Shown here: piece after piece, positions 61,864-64,000 of the stretch | Layout: the number at the start of each line of letters is the position of its first letter | How positions within the stretch are numbered: the stretch's first letter is position 1 | DNA from: Pelomyxa schiedti | Taxonomy: Eukaryota; Protista; Evosea | Length of the DNA: 64,000 bases | Reading direction: 5' to 3' | NCBI GenBank assembly: GCA_020536535.1 | Contig: JAHLWZ010000804.1 | Location: forward strand, 70,234 to 134,233 | Translations under genes and position numbers: made by a program | Notes under the pieces: model-generated | Database searches by the model: none | Told to the model about the DNA's origin: nothing | The model's input: only the letters and a program-made list of their open reading frames with translations

Positions 61864-64000
61864 TCAAGAGCATTTTCTAACAACAAAAGAAGCTCTGACT
61901 TGGTGGTGATATTCCTTCTGTTCATCGAGTGCTGTTAACTGATCTCCAGGTTGGTGAGTGTAATTGAGGCGGCCCCATAATAAACGGTCCAGCACACAGG
62001 AAAGATGTGCACATAACTGGTCCAGTGTGTTGTAGTAAAACCGTGGAAGGCCCCTCTCAAGTGGATACCACCCGAAATTATTATCGGACACTGCCACTGC
62101 GTGAGGTGGGCCATACTGAGGATCATAGAGCCAAACTGTAGGACTTTCAGGCCATCGCCTTGCAATTCTGGTACCGTATGGAACGAACGGTTTCGCAGGG
62201 AATGCCTGTGGAGTTGAATTGTTGTTTGAGAGGGAGAATTTGAGAAAAGGACTTGCTTGCTGGTGGGCCTCAGGTGAGGCCACTACTGTGTAAACAGGAG
62301 CTCCAATACTGGAACAGCGAACGAAGCAGGATGGCACTGTCGCTGTTCTTAGAGAAGTTACACTATGCTGATGTTCCAATAAACCATGAAACCACCTTGT
62401 TTTTTGGTTGTAAGTCCAACATAATACAATCATACATACACTTTTCGCCAGTCCTCAACTACCTCCTGCAATTGAGTTAGAAAGATTGTAACAAATATGG
62501 GAACAGACCTGGTCCCAATAAGGACCATCTGGGCTTGGGTGCATTAGGTACTCACAGAGGGTTGTCCAGTCTTTCTGCTTTATCTTGCCACCATCCATAG
62601 AAACTATTATCATTGAGTGCTGTAGATAGGTATTGCGAAAAGAAAGACAGACCTAGCTCACATAACCATTTCCTGGTAGATACAGGAAGAATCTCTTTTT
62701 GGTAAAACTTATCCCAGGATCCAATGGAAGCGGTTTTAAACAGTGCAGACCAAGTACTAGTGGCCCACTGCTGCACAGGCGAAATTTGATCCGATGGGGA
62801 TACAGTTGTCAAGTGTGTGGGTTCACACACGTTGCACCCATCACAAAATTTGCACGGTTTATTGGGCTTACATTCGTCACATGGGGGACAGGTGCATGAC
62901 TCGTTGCACCACAGCGGGCACCTGGAACAGGGGTGCCGGCCCCGGCAGTTGTAGCTGCAATTGATTTAGTTGTTTGCTGAACTTGTCGTTATACCAGAAA
63001 TGAAAGCCGCAAGAGGGGCAGCCACCATTGGGGCCGATATGATGGCACCCATGGTACCTTTTTTTGTGTTTGGTTGGAAAAAAAAAAAGGAGGTTGCCTG
63101 TACTTGAAATGCACAATTGGAGTGTGACAGCGAGGACACGTCTTTCCCGAAAGAGAAGGTGATAGGGTGGCCTCTGGTCCAGGTGTAGTTTGTCTGGTCG
63201 GAAGAGTCGTTTGTAACGTAATTACCGTGGCAATGGTGGAAGCACTGTATATTATAATATTTATAAGGACCGTGCTGCACAGAGAAGAAAGATTACGGTT
63301 TGCTTTGGGACACTGAAGGGTCCGAATCAGCAAGAGGGATCGAATTATAATGGCAAAGCTCTTCATGAGCAGAAATTTTCCTCCCAGGAAATATCAGTTT
63401 TTGTTTGAAACATGGAATATTTGTCTGCTTTTCAATTAGGCATTTCAGTATTGTAGGAGTGTCATCATCATGAATCTAAAATACAGTGTAAAGAGAAATC
63501 AGAGTAAAAAGGGAGATACGTAAACGGTAATATTTCGGGGGCCTCTTATGCTGAGTGGGTGAGAGCGAAACCGCACTGGTATGGTCATGGTTCGACACCA
63601 GTGACCTACATATTCTAGGTAAAAATATCCTCCGCTTGTTCCTGGCAAACTACGCAAGTGTATTTCTTTTATTCCCCATAGTAAGGCCTCGGTATTAGGA
63701 ATTGGATATTGCGTACCTTACATGCAGGACATTGAACAAAATTGCGATCAAAAGTACTGGGGATAATGAATCTAGAGCACGTTGGAACAGCGCAATTGAT
63801 ACCACATAGGCCCATATTCTACTTCTGGGTAATAGGTTGTGAAATGGAAGAAAGGTTTACAGATGCAGATTTGGAGGCTAAATCCATGAAGATATTGTAG
63901 TACTTAGGTCCCAGAAGTTGAAGTATCTGGATATCATGCACAAAAACTTGGCAGCCAGCTTTTATTACGTTGCTTATTATCGAAAGTTATTGCGAAGGGC
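61864..64000 (-). pseudogene. Paralog of the Parkin-like RBR gene (RING1 end, IBR, Ubl, Rcat, Cys tail) with an extra C-terminal SH2-like domain; frameshifted in the IBR exon; 5' part outside window
   Basis: AGCQVFVHDIQILQLLG; CPACK/KYTCVVC; IHDDDT..LKCLIEKQTNIPCFKQ; CPRCHTPIVHFKYHGCHHI..GCPSCGFHFCYNC..HPCSRC...CDECK..KPC..CDGCNVCEP; WFHGLL...CFVRCSS...YTV...YNTLDQL. The frame breaks at about 63625-63640. Confidence 0.7.

Noticed and set aside
61290-61909. Overlapping Lys-rich and Cys-rich ORFs between the GTPase pseudogene and the RBR paralog
   Set aside because: They derive largely from purine-rich low-complexity sequence. I could not build a consistent spliced model or recognise a domain.
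63548-63606. tRNA-like A-box (TGCTGAGTGG..GAGC) and B-box (GGTTCGAC) motifs on the plus strand
   Set aside because: There is no acceptor stem or proper anticodon arm, and the opposite strand encodes sequence homologous to the Parkin-like Ubl region.

Overview
This is a gene-dense, intron-rich eukaryotic window. Introns are mostly about 40-80 nt, so the ORF track shows only exon fragments. I assembled the gene models by eye from GT/GC-AG junctions and conserved motifs. The gene content suggests an anaerobic amoebozoan such as an archamoeba (Pelomyxa/Mastigamoeba-like); this is an inference. It includes spastizin, DDX6, dynein intermediate chain, PMCA, pelota, PEX1, a cAMP-receptor-like GPCR, an SH2 domain, and several bacterial-type Fe-S and sugar-metabolism genes carrying spliceosomal introns. 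Highlights: (1) A U1 snRNA gene absent from the ORF track (45279-45436). Its 5' splice-site-pairing arm reads AUACGUACCUG instead of AUACUUACCUG, so it is complementary to GUACGU donors, and several such donors occur in this window. (2) Three short introns with U12-type GTATCC(C/T)T donors, one of them in a prokaryote-like gene. (3) A Parkin-like RBR ligase with RING0 and an internal rather than N-terminal ubiquitin-like domain. A frameshifted paralog about 50 kb away has an added SH2-like domain. (4) A TRIM (RING-B-box-B-box-coiled coil) protein ending in an ALK/LTK-like glycine-rich domain. (5) A decayed gene fusing phage tail-collar-like motifs to an AIG1-like GTPase. Start codons and some exon boundaries are approximate, and no database searches were possible.
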